Positions 1-17,301 of a DNA stretch of 64,000 nucleotides are shown piece after piece. Under the pieces are notes generated by a model, which worked only from the letters and a program-made list of their open reading frames with translations, made no database searches and was not told the DNA's origin. The position numbers were made by a program, and so were the translations under genes. Within the stretch, counting starts at the first letter, position 1. Every line of letters starts with the position of its first letter. Source of the stretch: Phyllobates terribilis (Eukaryota); contig NW_027362769.1 of the NCBI RefSeq assembly GCF_046119375.1, forward strand, positions 367,660,001 through 367,724,000. The letters run 5' to 3'.

Positions 1-399
1 TCAAGCCGCCATTCTCTGTTCAACTGTGGGGTCTCCGGACTCCGACAAAATGTTGTTGGTTTGGGTCAGGAGACCCATGGTCGGGACGGCTATTGTGTCC
101 AAAAAGCGGACTGTAAAATATGCTAGAGTGTATGCACACTAAGACCGGGTCCAGTCTGTATACAAACTGCAACGACCGGACCAGCCGCGGGTCTCTGCCC
201 CAAACTTAAGGTAGCAGCAAGGCTGTTGATTCGTGCTGCATCTGGTGGCTGAGAAACCCTCTGCGCAAAGGAGAAACCGTGAAAGGGATGCAACACTGAA
301 GCCCCTTCATTCTTAGGTCGGATCTCAAGCCATAATTAAGAATTGACATATCTTGACAACATATTGATTTTGGAATACCCTTTTACTGTAACTACAGGA

Positions 400-1900
400 C
401 TTCTACAGGGCCTTGAAAAAGTATTCATACTCCATAAACTTTTCCACATTTTTTCACATTATACCCACAAATTTAAATGTATTTTATTGAGATTTTATGT
501 GATCTGTCAACACAAAGTAGCAAGTATTTGTGAAGTTTGAAGGTTTTCATAAAGGGTTTTCTAAAAATGTAAAAAATATAAATTTAAAAATTGTGTTGTG
601 CATTTGTATTCAGCCACCTGAATCAATACTTTGTAGGACCACCTTTCACCTCAATTACTGCTGCAAGTCTTTTGGGATCTGTCTGTACCAGCTTTGCACA
701 TCTAGAGGTGACATTTTTGCTCCTTCTTCTTTGCACACTCGCTTAGTGAGATTGGATGGAGACTTCTGTGAGCAGCAATTTTCAAGTCTCGCCACAGATT
801 CTCAATGGGATTTAGGTGTGGACTGTGACTGGGCCGTTCACACACATGAATATGCTTTGATCTAAACCATCCATTGTAGCTCTGGCAGGATATTTAGGGT
901 TGTTGTCCTGCTGGAAGGTGAACCTGCCCTCTCTCTCAAGTTTATTGCAGCCTCTAAAAGGTTTTTCCTGTATATATCTCCATCCAGTTCCTCATCAACT
1001 CTTGACAAACTTCCCTGTCCCTGCAGAAGAAAAGCTTCCCCATAGCGTGATGCTGCCACCACCATGTTTGACGGTGGGGATGATGTTTTCAGTGTGATGT
1101 TCAGTGTTCATTTTCCACCACACATAGCATTTTGCATTTAGCCCAAAAAGTTCTACTTGGTCTCATCTGACCAGAGCACCTTTTTCCACATATTCACTAT
1201 GTCACCTACATGGCTTTTTGCAAACTGCAAACGAGACTTCTTATGGCTTGCTTTCAAAAAATAGCTTTCTTCTTGCCACTTTTCCATAAGGCCAGATTTG
1301 TGGAGAATATGACTAATAGCTGTCTTGTGGACAGATTCTTCCTCATGTGGATCTCTGCAGCTCCTCCAGTGACCATGGGCCTCTTGGTTGCTTCTCTAAT
1401 TACTGCTCTCCTTGCTTGGGATGTCACTTTAGGTGGACGGCCATGTCTTGGTAAGTTTGCAGTTGTGCCATACTCCTTCCATTTTTGGATAACGTGCTCT
1501 GTGAGATGTTCAGAACTTGGGCTATTTTTTTATAACCTAACCCTGCTTTACTCTTCTCCACAACTTTATCCCGGACCTGTCTTGTGGGTTCATTCATTTT
1601 CATGATGCTGTTTGATCCTTAATGTTCTCATACAAACCTCTGAGGCCTTCACAGAACAGCTGTAGTTACACTGAGAATAAACTACGGGGTGAACTCAATT
1701 TACTAATTAGGCGACTTTTGGAGGCAATTGGTCACTCAGGATTTTATTCAGGGGTATCAGACTACAGGGGGTCGAATACTAAGGTACGTCACAATTTTCA
1801 GATTTAGATTTTTTAAATATTTAGAAAACTATGTATCATTTCCTTTTACACTTCACTTGTCTTGCTATAGCCCTCTATTACTTGCTGATGATAAAATATT
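400..1900 (-). mobile_element. Degenerate Tc1-like DNA transposon remnant (ends approximate)
   Basis: Minus-strand fragments resemble a DDE transposase (ORF 862-1065; '[12 protein letters not shown]'-like sequence at ~1045-1080; HTH region ~1400-1500). Many stops and frameshifts. Confidence 0.7.
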
Positions 1901-1963
1901 CATCCACGAGTGATGGGATCTACTGTCTGTACAATTTTTGCAATCATACAAGTAATTTTTTCA

Positions 1964-2185
<222 letters not shown>

Positions 2186-2483
2186 TTACGCATCACCATT
2201 TTCTTAATTTAGCCTAAAAAAACAAATGATCTTTCTATAAAGAGACATTTCAGGGACAGAAGAACTAAAATAGTATCAGTGGGAAGATGTAACCGATTTA
2301 CTATTTAAAGGGATATTCCAACCCAGAAAGTAAATACTTGCCGCACATTGCGCATCAGGAAATACAGCCTAATAACATTCAGTGTTATTTTTTTTTATAT
2401 GTTTAGGATCTTTGTTTTCCAATTTCAGAGCTTCAAATCCCTCGCCATGGAGTCATTAAAATTATCCTGGATGCCTATGAGAA

Positions 2484-2568
2484 CCACTAGGGGGAGCTCA
2501 TGGCATAATTAGTCATACAAGCGCCATTGAACTAAATAAACTTGTATGCAGTAAGCTCCCTCTAGTGG
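2484..2568. mobile_element. Short palindromic MITE core (CCACTAGGGGGAGC ... GCTCCCTCTAGTGG)
   Basis: Inverted arms at 2484-2497 and 2555-2568. The same family recurs at 48890-48968. Confidence 0.65.
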
Positions 2569-3324
2569 TGGCAAGCAGGCATACAGAATTATTTTCTCTA
2601 AAGGGATATCCCCATCTTGGACATTTATAGCATATCAATTGGACATGTTATAAATGCCTGATAGATGCGGCTCCCACCTTTGGGACCTGCACCGCTCTTG
2701 AGAACAGGAGGCTGTCTCTTTTTGCTGGGAATGGATTGCACTCTGCATTCACCAACACTCTAGCACCGATGCTACAGAGGTATCTGCCTCACTTTTTTTA
2801 CATGCTGTACAATCATGTGAACGCTGCAGCTAATCATTGCCTTCAGCAATGATGCTGATATGTACAGCCAATAGGGATTGGCTGCAGCAATCACATGCAT
2901 GTATTAATACTGAAACGGCAAGGGATTAATTGTAAAGTGTTTGCAAAGTTACTTAACATTTTATATAGATTTTTATTATGAAATGTTGGGAGCAAATTTT
3001 TCCTAAAAAAAAAAAAAAAAAAAGTTCCTGATCCATCTCTAGCAGCTTCCAGTTATTATAGAAGTGCACATTACACACATAGAAGCATGGTATGGTGAAT
3101 ACCGCAGGGGGTGTCAGGGATTGTTAATAGCCCCTTTTATAAGGGTGTTCATGTCTTCTCAATTCTGTGTATTCATATTATGGTATTCTGCTATTGTAAC
3201 CTCTATGAAAGTCTTCAGTATCTTGATAAGGAACGCCATACAGTACACTGCATAGTTTGTGTGTGAATTACACATGGTGTTCTGTATCCTGCACATGTGG
3301 TTCTGGGTATCCTGTCCAGCGTTA

Positions 3325-6300
3325 CTTATCCTGTGTTACATCCTGTATTATACTCCAGAGCTGCACTCACTATTCTGCTGGTGAAGTTGCTCTGTATATA
3401 CATTACATTACTTATCCTGTATTATACTCCAGAGCTGCACTCACTATTCTGCTGGTGCAGTCTCTGTACATTACATTACGTTATTTACCCCTTGATAAAG
3501 ACCATAACAATTTGGACTAAGTAAAAAGGCATATGTAAACCGTATGGAAGATTTAAAACAAAACAAAAACCGGAACAAGAACAAAAACTGCCCACGTTTG
3601 ACCTGATTAAAGATCTTCTTTAAATCCTGATCCTGAGTTACATCCTGTGTTATATTCCAGAGCTGCACTCACTATTCTGCTGGTGCAGTCACTGTGTACA
3701 TACATTACATTACTGATCCTGAGTTACATCCTGTATTATACTCCAGAGCTGCACTCACTATTCTGCTGGTGCAGTCGCTGTGTACATACATTACATTACT
3801 GATCCTGAGTTACATCCTGTATTATACCCCAGAGCTGCACTCACTATCCTGCTGGTGCAGTCACTGTGTACATACATTACATTACTGATCCTGTACTGAT
3901 CCTGAGTTACATCCTGTATTATACCCCAGAGCTGCACTCACTGTTCTGCTGGTGCAGTCAATGTGTACATACATTACATTACTGATCCTGAGTTACATCC
4001 TGTATTATACTCCAGAGCTGCACTCACTATTCTGCTGGTGCAGTCACTGTGTACATACATTACATTACTGATCCTGTACTGATCCTGAGTTACATCCTGT
4101 ATTATACCCCAGAGCTGCACTCACTGTTCTGCTGGTGCAGTCACTGCGTACATACATTACATTACTGATCCTGAGTTACATCCTGTATTATACTCCAGAG
4201 CTGCACTCACTATTCTGCTGGTGCAGTCACTGTGTACATACATTACATTACTGATCCTGTACTGATCCTGAGTTACATCCTGTATTATACTCCAGAGCTG
4301 CACTCACTATTCTGCTGGTGCAGTCACTGTGTACATACATTACATTACTGATCCTGAGTTACATCCTGTATTATACTCCAGAGCTGCACTCACTATTCTG
4401 CTGGTGCAGTCACTGTGTACATACATTACATTACTGATCCTGAGTTACATCCTGTATTATACTCCAGAGCTGCACTCATTATCCTGCTGGTGGAGTCACT
4501 GTGTACATACATTACTTATCCTGTACTGATCCTGAGTTACATCCTTTATTATACTCCAAAGCTGCACTCACTATTCTGCTGGTGCAGTCACTGTGTACAT
4601 AGATTACATTACTGATCCTGAGTTACATCCTGTATTATATTCCAGAGCTGCACTCACTATTCTGCTGGTGCAGTCACTGTGTACATACATTACATTACTG
4701 ATCCTGAGTTACATCCTGTATTATACTCCAGAGCTGCACTCACTATTCTGCTGGTGCAGTCACTGTGTACATACATTACATTACTGATCCTGAGTTACAT
4801 CCTGTATTATACTCCAGAGCTGCACTCACTATTCTGCTGGTGCAGTCACTGTGTACATACATTACATTACTGGTCCTGTACTGATCCTGAGTTACATCCT
4901 GTATTATACCCCAGAGCTGCACTCACTGTTCTGCTGGTGCAGTCACTGTGTACATACATTACATTACTGATCCTGAGTTACATCCTGTATTATACTCCAG
5001 AGCTGCACTCACTATTCTGCTGGTGCAGTCACTGTGTACATACATTATATTACTGATCCTGTACTGATCCTGAGTTACATCCTGTATTATACTCCAGAGC
5101 TGCACTCTCTATTCTGCTGGTGCAGTCACTGTATACATACATTACATTACTGATCCTGTACTGATCCTGAGTTACATCCTGTATTATACTCCAGAGCTGC
5201 ACTCACTATTCTGCTGGTGCAGTCACTGTGTACATACATTACATTACTGATCCTGAGTTACATCCTGTATTATACTCCAGAGCTGCACTCACTATTCTGC
5301 TGGTGCAGTCGCTGTGTACATACATTACATTACTGATCCTGAGTTACATCCTGTATTATACCCCAGAGCTGCACTCACTATCCTGCTGGTGCAGTCACTG
5401 TGTACATACATTACATTACTGATCCTGTACTGATCCTGAGTTACATCCTGTATTATACCCCAGAGCTGCACTCACTGTTCTGCTGGTGCAGTCACTGCGT
5501 ACATACATTACATTACTGATCCTGAGTTACATCCTGTATTATACTCCAGAGCTGCACTCACTATTCTGCTGGTGCAGTCACTTTGTACATACATTACATT
5601 ACTGATCCTGAGTTACATCCTGTATTATATTCCAGAGCTGCACTCACTATTCTGCTGGAGCAGTCACTGTGTACATACATTACATTACTGATCCTGAGTT
5701 ACATCCTGTATTATACTCCAGAGCTGCACTCACTATTCTGCTGGTGCAGTCACTGTGTACATACATTATATTACTGATCCTGTACTGATCCTGAGTTACA
5801 TCCTGTATTATACTCCAGAGCTGCACTCTCTATTCTGCTGGTGCAGTCACTGTATACATACATTACATTACTGATCCTGTACTGATCCTGAGTTACATCC
5901 TGTATTATACTCCAGAGCTGCACTCACTATTCTGCTGGTGCGGACACTGTGTACATACATTACATTACTGATCCTGTACTGATCCTGAGTTACATCCTGT
6001 ATTATACTCCAGAGCTGCACTCACTATTCTGCTGGTGCAGTCACTGTGTACATACATTACATTACTGATCCTGAGTTACATCCTGTATTATATTCCAGAG
6101 CTGCACTCACTATTCTGCTGGTGCAGTCACTGTATACATACATTACATTACTGATCCTGAGTTACATCCTGTATTATATTCCAGAGCTGCACTCACTATT
6201 CTGCTGGTGCAGTCACTGTATACATACATTACATTACTGATCCTGTACTGATCCTGAGTTACATCCTGTATTATATTCCAGAGCTGCACTCACTATTCTG

Positions 6301-6381
6301 CTGGTGCAGTCACTGTGTACATACATTACATTACTGATCCTGAGTTACATCCTGTATTATATTCCAGAGCTGCACTCACTA
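3325..6381. repeat. Minisatellite, 86/97-bp unit (actgatcctgagttacatcctgtattatactccagagctgcactcactattctgctggtgcagtcactgtgtacatacattacatt, +/- actgatcctgt), ~32 copies
   Basis: Directly visible tandem repetition. It accounts for the repeated MYIHYITDPELHPV ORFs. Confidence 0.98.
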
Positions 6382-6514
6382 TAGTTTCACAAGGGCAATG
6401 GCTGGCCCCAGGAGTATTCTAAGAACAGTGTAACATTTTGCTATGGGGCCCTCTCTCTTTAGGATTACCAAAGCTGAAATTTGGACACATTAATTAGTTA
6501 TTGATGTGGTTTTA

Positions 6515-7471
6515 GGCCATGTGCCCACGATGCAGAAATGCTCCGGATTTTTCCTGAGCGTTTGTTTCTCCCTGGCAGAAAAAACGCATGCGGATTGTAC
6601 ACGCGGATTGTACACGCGGATTGTACACGCGGATTGTACACGCGGATTGTACATGCGTTTTTCCTGCCAGGGACATGCGGATGTGAAGCGTTTTGCACAT
6701 GCGATTTCGCATGCGGGTTGTCAAGCACTTTCCAAGCGATTTTAGCATCACTTGGAAAGTGCTTGACAACTTTGTCACACTATATAAATCCATGCAGCCG
6801 GCATGGATTTATATAGTGTTACCAAGTTATAATAAAAGAATGGTAAAAAATAAACATTATACTCACCTTCCGATGGCCCCCGGTCTCCTCCAGTGCGTCC
6901 GATGTGTTGGGCGGCTCACGGTGGTCTAAAAGGACCTTCCATGACATCATTTAGTCATGTGACAGGTCAAGCGACCGCCGACGTCAGCAGTCGCGTGACC
7001 CGTCACATGACTGAATGACGTCATAGAAGGTCCTTTTAGACCATCGCGAGCTGCTGGAGAGCCAGGACGCATCGGATAAGGAGACCGGGGGCCATCAGAA
7101 GGTGAGTATAATGTTTTTTTTATTTTAAATTCTTTTTTTTTTTTACAGGTACTATGGTACCCGGGTCTGGAGGAGGGTCTCCTCTTCTCCAGACCCGGGT
7201 ACCATCGCACATTGAATCGCTTAATATCCGCATGTGCGCATGTAGTCATGCAGATATTAAGCGATTCAATGCAAGTCAATGGCGGCGAAAACGCAAAATA
7301 ATTGGTAGTGCTGCTTATTTTTCCGCAATGATAATCTGCAGCGGAAATTTCCGCAGCATGTGCAGAGCACATGCGAATTATCGTTGGGAACCATGGCAGA
7401 CCTTCTACCAAGAGTTTTTTAAGCGTTTCTGCGGGGGAATTGCCGCTTAAAAAACGCACAGTGGGCACACA
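6515..7471 (+). mobile_element. Non-autonomous PIF/Harbinger-like MITE built from nested palindromes, copy 1
   Basis: TTA precedes ggccatgtgcccac, and gtgggcacac ends the element. Internal hairpins are present. It is the reverse complement of 17302-18233. Confidence 0.8.
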
Positions 7472-8249
7472 ATAGCGGTCACCGCTGGATTATACAGATT
7501 AATAATGCCATGGTGGTGATCACATTGGTTGTAGTAGTGGATCTGGCTTGGAGCGCTGGCCGTGCCGCACACACTATCCTGTAACATGCACTTTACAAAG
7601 CTGCACATGGTTAACACAGGGCTTTCTACATGTGGTGTTTGACCTTTGGGGGAGCAGCGGAGGGGGATGGAGAGTGAATGATGAATGTTTTATTACCAGT
7701 GATCTAATGCATGCTGTGCATTTTCTGTGTAACCGTTTCCATGCCGGCCAGAGCCGCATCACATCACAGCTCGCTCTCCTTTTACTTTTGGAAGAGATTA
7801 ATATCCTAAACCACATCACACAGAGGGATAGGGAACAAGACCTACAACACCTTCATTCTTTTATATACTTAGGTTTTGTTTCTGTGGAGCCTTTATTAAA
7901 ACACTATAATAATATGTTATATTTAAAGGGACTGGATTAGAGAATCATGGCTGCTTTCTTTTAGAAACCGCGCCGCCTCTGATCATTGATTGTGCATGGT
8001 TTTGCAAAGAAGGTTGCATTCGCTTCAATGGGGCTGAGCTGCAGTGGAAACCTGGCAATAAGCGTGTAATTTCCCTGCAGCGCCTCCACTGGGGAAACTA
8101 AGCATTACACTGTGCCCATTCAGATCAGGAGCGAGAGATGCTCTATGTAACCGCTCTCTGGTTCTTTGCAGAGGTTCCTCCTCTATTTACTCAGAATTAC
8201 CTAGCAGGTAAATGGGGTTTTGAAACTGGACAGCCCCTTTAAGAAATGA

Positions 8250-9300
8250 GAAGTCCTCATTGTGAGCATCATATGGCATCGATTGGAATCAGTTCAGGAA
8301 ATTCCGAGTTTAAGGAGAGGGTCCCGTTCGGGTAGATATTCTTGGAGGGCTGAAACGGCACCAGTCCTATAGGACATAGAGTGGTGGTGTGCATGATCGG
8401 CGTAGTACCAGTGGGAACCTGGTGATCAGACGGTTATCAGAACCCCAGTATTCCTCTGTGCACCAGCTGATGGTTCCATTACTGTCTGTGAATGCTCGCT
8501 CATACTCGGAGATTCACTGGAAAAAGGCCCCGAAAATGTTCGCTAGGATGGAGCAATCTGAACGAAACAATAGGTAGTATATGAAGTTTTGAACAAGCCA
8601 GGATGCCCCGGTGTCGGGGCAATGAGGTAGGCACCGGACAGCCATGAAACTGCTACTATTCCCCTGGTATGTTTGCCGATATGTTCAGGAACATGGAGCA
8701 CCGCCTCGAAACGTGTCCGGCAGAAAAAGACGGATATCACTTCCAGCATCGGATTTAATGCAATAGATTATACATACGTCAAGGGATGTAGTATATTTTC
8801 TTGTTCAGATTGCACCTTATTAACCGGGATTTTACATCAGAATATTCGGGGCCACTTTCGTGTGAATCCCCCTGTAGATTGCCACCCATTTATATACCCA
8901 TGATATGAATAACACAGTGGGGGCAACCTGACTTCAGCTCTTTTTCTCCCCCGGCACGGTGAACTTGGAGTCCATACACGTGCCGTTGACATACTATGAA
9001 CCAATTGGCACTTAATAAGGTATTGAAGTCTTGCCTAGGATCAAAACTCCTAGGGAAGACTCAGCATCCCAAATGGCAAGGAAAGAAATGCTGTGTACCT
9101 CTCTATAAAGTGGGGGTACAGCATGTGCTCATAGGATTCATCGCCTGTCATGGGAGCCGTGCCAAGGGGAGAATGTGGTGCCTGATGGCTCTGTAAGATG
9201 GAGCTGTTGGGACTATTCTGGTCAGATATATACTATCCTTTTCAGTGTATACCATGAAGCCATAAATTGGTAGAACGTGGAGTACCTTCACCTGGGACAT
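8250..9300 (-). mobile_element. Old L1/Tx1-like LINE ORF2 remnant
   Basis: A minus-strand fragment reads LPERDPLLKLGIS*TDSNRCH, resembling the C-terminal zf-RVT motif of L1-clade elements. Heavily decayed. Confidence 0.4.
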
Positions 9301-9582
9301 TGTCCTCTGCAAAAATCATTTCTACTGTCCTCTAGAAGGGAAGTTGGCAGCTCAATGTGAGGGCGACCATGCCAGCCGATCATATACATTCAGATCTGCT
9401 CTTCTGTTCATACACTTATTACACTACAACCCTTTGACTGTCCTGGAATTTTCCATTCATGGAATTGCAGAAATCAGAATAAAGTGTTATTAATGATGAG
9501 TGAAAAATTGCAATCAATCTGAACATCTTCCGACCTCACACACTGGCCACTAAATGACAAAACATTTTTTTCCTAATTTCTA

Positions 9583-10900
<1,318 letters not shown>

Positions 10901-11125
10901 CACCCCTTCTAAAAAGACTGGAGCCCCCATCGGCCCCCTCCCGGTAATTCATCATTTTGGATTTAAGGTATTTCCCCTTTAAATAATAAAAACATCCACC
11001 AGTGAATCTAATTTCCTGAGTAATCCTCTCCTCCTATTTATAGGAAAACTTGGGACAACTAGTACAACTGGGGAGATTTTACCATTCAAGAGTTTTAGAA
11101 AGCAGGGTGATTACCCAATGGGAGC

Positions 11126-13090
<1,965 letters not shown>

Positions 13091-13501
13091 TGCTAAGTTT
13101 ACACATTGCATATTTGGTGTGGAATTTTTCATGCTTATTTGCATGCTGAAAATAAGGGTAAGTTCATATGACCGATGTCTATACATACATGAAAAACAGT
13201 CCGATTATTCTGATCAGACTTTTATCAGAGTGGCATCAGTTTTTCTCATACGTGGAGAGAAAGTTAAAAAAAAAAAAAAAATTCTCCACCTTATTTGACT
13301 TTTTCACTGACTCATAAACTTACATTGTTGATTCGGAAAAAAATCAGATATATCTCCAATTTTTCCCACTCTGTCCAAGGAAAAGATCGGACATGTGCAC
13401 AGCCACAGTGAAAACGATCCTGTGCGCGAGCCCTTATACAGTACCAGCTAAATAGATGAAATTTCCACAAATCTCATCCAAAAATTGCGGAAATTTTCTG
13501 T

Positions 13502-13503
<2 letters not shown>

Positions 13504-13578
<75 letters not shown>
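13504..13578. repeat. (TA)n microsatellite
   Basis: About 37 uninterrupted TA units. Confidence 0.98.
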
Positions 13579-13583
<5 letters not shown>

Positions 13584-15677
13584 AAATGTTCAGCTTGTTA
13601 ATTCTCTGTGCGGATTCAGCTCAGATTTCACTCTTTGCAATGCGCAAATTGCCTCTTCAGAGAGGAAGAGGACTAGAACTCTATAGCGCCACCTGTTGGT
13701 TGGAAGCAGCGATCTTACAAGTCACTATCGAGCCTTGCAATATGACTTGGGATAAAACCCGAATCAGAATCTCCATTTGCAGACACGGTGTTTCGGGGTA
13801 TTGCCCCTCATCAGTGCAAAGTATGAGATCTGATTTGGCTGGGTGAGCGGCTCTGGACTGAGATCAAAGGGGTAAGGTTTCTCCTTGTGGAGAGTGACAT
13901 ACCAGCCCTGGCTTGCCGATATGAGGAGGCTTATTCGCCGTACAATGCTCCTCTGGGAAATTAAATATGCAAATTGCCTCTTCAGGCAAAATCCACATGT
14001 AGCACTTGCCGATTTTTCTAAAAATATAAGTCCTCATCCACACCTCGCTGTTTTATATATGTGGATTTTCGCGCCCTCATGGATAGAACATGTACCCGTT
14101 ATAGACTGGGACTGTTTACACAATCTTTTTTTTTTTTTTTTTTTTGCAGCTTTAGTGTCCGCAAAAAAAACGAGACCATTGGGTGCACAGGAGTTGGACA
14201 CCCACCAATTTTGATGGAATAAATTATATGCCATTAATGTCAGTCACGACATTACCCCTTTAGGGCAGGGAAGAACTTTGGTAAATAAAAAAAACGTACA
14301 AAAAAATGTTTGAACTTGAAAGATGTTCGAAGAGATTTGAAACTTTTCTTAGCAGTTAGGAAGAAGGTCTAAAGAGGGCGCTAAGGAGAGCTCAAAATTC
14401 CCACAACTATGTAACCCAAGGACAGATAAAGGGAAAATATTCATCATGCTTTACTTAACAGAGGTTTTCTATTACTTTTCAGAATTTTTTTAAACATTAA
14501 AAGATTTTGCAACTTTTTTTTAAAATTCAAATACATTAAAATTTCTTGTAATCTGGCATCTGGTAATTCAGAAAATATTATCTGTATGGTTTGTGGAGTT
14601 TTTAAGTGGATTAATAAACGGTCACCGTCGTTTTAACATCTGCATCTTGAACTTTTCATTTGGTCAGAAAATACTAAATAAGATGGACTGCCAGTTCACT
14701 GAGCAATTAGATTACGGTTGCCTATTGAAGTCTATAGAAAGAGTAGGAGAGAGAGAGCGAAACAGAGACACATACAGACATGTGCTGCAGCTTTCTAGTA
14801 AGTGTTTTACCTCACCTAGAACTGGATTCACAGCTACACTGCTCAGTACAGCTATATAATGTCCCCCATGTGGCTGCTACTTCTGTGCCATATAGAGACA
14901 GAAGAGCAAGAATCTCTCATGTCTGTGTGTGCTGTGTATGGGAGACATCATAGCCGTCAGTCTTTACCCACTAGGTCAGAGAAAACTGAAAATTAAACAT
15001 AAAGCCTACGGAGGGGAAAAATGGGCAAAAAATGCAGTGTGCAAGTCATATAATGGCCACAAATAGTCTTATTCCTCATGAACACAGACAGGACTGCTCA
15101 TTCTGAAGTCACCTGAAACAGGTAGGTTAGTTCAGGTTTGGGATTTTTAAGTGGTTTTACAACTTTTAAAACTATCTATGTCATTGCCACCACATGTTGG
15201 GTTTCCCCAGAATCAAGAGGGGCACGGGTATCTCTATATCTTTTGTAAGAGTGGATTTAGTATTGATCTACATGTCCTATATATGTTTTTTTTTTTCTTT
15301 TTGTAGAAAATCTATAGAGTGACTGATATTTATATAAGTGGGAACGTCCGTTTAAACAAAGACTGCACTTTTAAACCCCCTCTAATAGTCACGTACCTCT
15401 CACCCTCAGGGATGGGCCCCACCTCATAGCTGCGTCACTCTATTAGCAGGAAAACGTTATCATGAGCTGTTGGACTCGATCTACTAATGTGATGAGTGTC
15501 CAGAGGAAGAGCGGGGTACACACCTTATCCTCTCTCCATGCCCACAGTGATACTGTGAATGAGTTAATGAGCTGACAGCCCCCAGCCTGGAAAACATAAA
15601 GTCAACAAGTCCACATGGTTAGACCATAAAAGATTATATACCGCACTCCTGTGTAAATTTTATTCATTATACCCTCA

Positions 15678-16296
15678 TACAGTTATGTGCAAAATAATAG
15701 CAGTGTAACATCACTAAAGTATTTAATTCCTTTTTTTTGGCATTAAAGATCATACAACATGGGGAAAAAATTCATCACTAGGTGTAGACTAGTAAAGGGC
15801 AATCAACAGAATCAACAGTCATGACATGGACGCTGCTAATTGGGTGTAATTGACCCATTTAATTAAAGGGGGGTGTTGTAATTAATAACAGTGCAGAGTT
15901 CAATTAGGTTATCTATTCTGCGAAGAAACAGGGAATTATTTAAAGAAGGAGGGCAGCAAATATTGTATCTGCTGGTTTTAGTCTTTGCTCAGTAAGTAAA
16001 ATGGGCCGTTCCAGACATTGTACCGAAGGAGAAAGAACTTTGATCAAGAAGTTGATTGGAGAGGGGAAAATATATAAAGAAGTACAGAAAATAATTGGCT
16101 GCTCAGCTAAAAAGATTTCCAATTCTATAAAATGGCAAACAAAACCCAAAACAGGTGGTAGGAAAAGAAATACCACAATCCACATAGATCATAGAATCAC
16201 AAGAATGGCAAAGAAGCATCTAATGATCAGCTCCAGGGAGATCAAAGAAGATCTTCAGTTACCTGTGAGTCCTGCTGGCATCAGAAGACGCTTACA
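15678..16296 (+). mobile_element. 5' fragment of a Tc1 element (left end plus paired-like HTH), truncated by a MITE
   Basis: ORF 16001-16300 MGRSRHCTEGERTLIKKLIGEGK...IRRRL. Left end tacagttatgtgcaaaataatagcagtg. Confidence 0.85.
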
Positions 16297-16549
16297 TTAA
16301 AGGGGTATTCCCATCTCTAAGATCCTATCCCAATATGTAGTAGGTGTAATAATAATAATATTAGCAAATACCTCCAATTAAAAATGTAGTATAGTATTTT
16401 TGATTCGCTATGTCTCTTTGCTCATGTGCAGGCATTGCAGGACCTTGGGTATCCATGGTTACGTCCACTAGCAACTAGCTAACTATCTGACACTTTATCA
16501 GTGGACGTAACCATGGATACCTAAGGTCCTGCAATTCCTGCATATGAGG
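16297..16549. mobile_element. Partial second copy of the TTAA palindromic MITE
   Basis: Starts ttaaaggggtattcccatct and matches 11126-11168 joined to 12759 onward. Truncated by a CR1 fragment. Confidence 0.8.
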
Positions 16550-16825
16550 AAAGATTTAAGAAGGGCCTGGATGCCTTTCTTGAAAAGTATAATATTACAG
16601 GTTATAAATACTAGATTCCTTGATAGGGCGTTGATCCAGGGAACTAGGCTGATTGCCGTATGGAGTCAGGAAGGAATTTTTTTCCCCAATGTGGAGCTTA
16701 GTGTTTGCCACATGGTTTTTTTTGCCACATGTTTTTTTTTGCCTTCCTCTGGATCAACATATTAGGCTATGGGTTGAACTAGATGGACTTAGTCTTCCTT
16801 CAACCTTAAAAACTATGTTACTATG
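16550..16825 (+). mobile_element. CR1 LINE 3' end fragment
   Basis: ttaagaagggcctggatgcctttct...gggttgaactagatggac...caacc followed by an (a)actatgtt-type tail, typical of amphibian CR1 3' ends. Confidence 0.75.
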
Positions 16826-17301
16826 ACTCTGCCCCACACAGATGTAAAGCATTTATCAGAAATAAAGGTTATAGAACTAAATATTAATTCAGTGATTAAC
16901 AGAAAAGAAAACCTGGGAACAAATATCCTTTTATTCTGAAACATTCCACTTTGTAAATGAAAATTCAGACACTGATATTTTTTTGAGCAGCTTACTATTC
17001 CCTTTTCTTCATTTTCAGTTTTAAGATTAATATTTGGAATTGAATGTGCAGCTCCCAGTGCCTTTGTGTGTATGGAAATAAATGTTATTATGAGGATTGA
17101 GCTTTTTCTCAGATGTTACATTTTTATTACTGCTATTATTTTGCACATAACTGTATATGAGACTGGCTTCATGTTAGAATTAGTTCCTAGCAGAGTGGTG
17201 CTCTCGGCAAGAAGGAAGCCATCAGCAAGCATTCATCTACTTGCTGATGGATCCTATTGGAACTACTGAAAGCTGCGGAGGTTCTACCTCTTTCATCCTT
17301 A

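Noticed and set aside
3325-6381. CRISPR-like array or repeat-encoded protein (MYIHYITDPELHPV ORFs); also checked for a satellite hammerhead ribozyme
   Set aside because: The units are contiguous with no unique spacers and there are no cas genes. The ORFs are by-products of the repeat. No CTGATGA...GAAA hammerhead core is visible on either strand.
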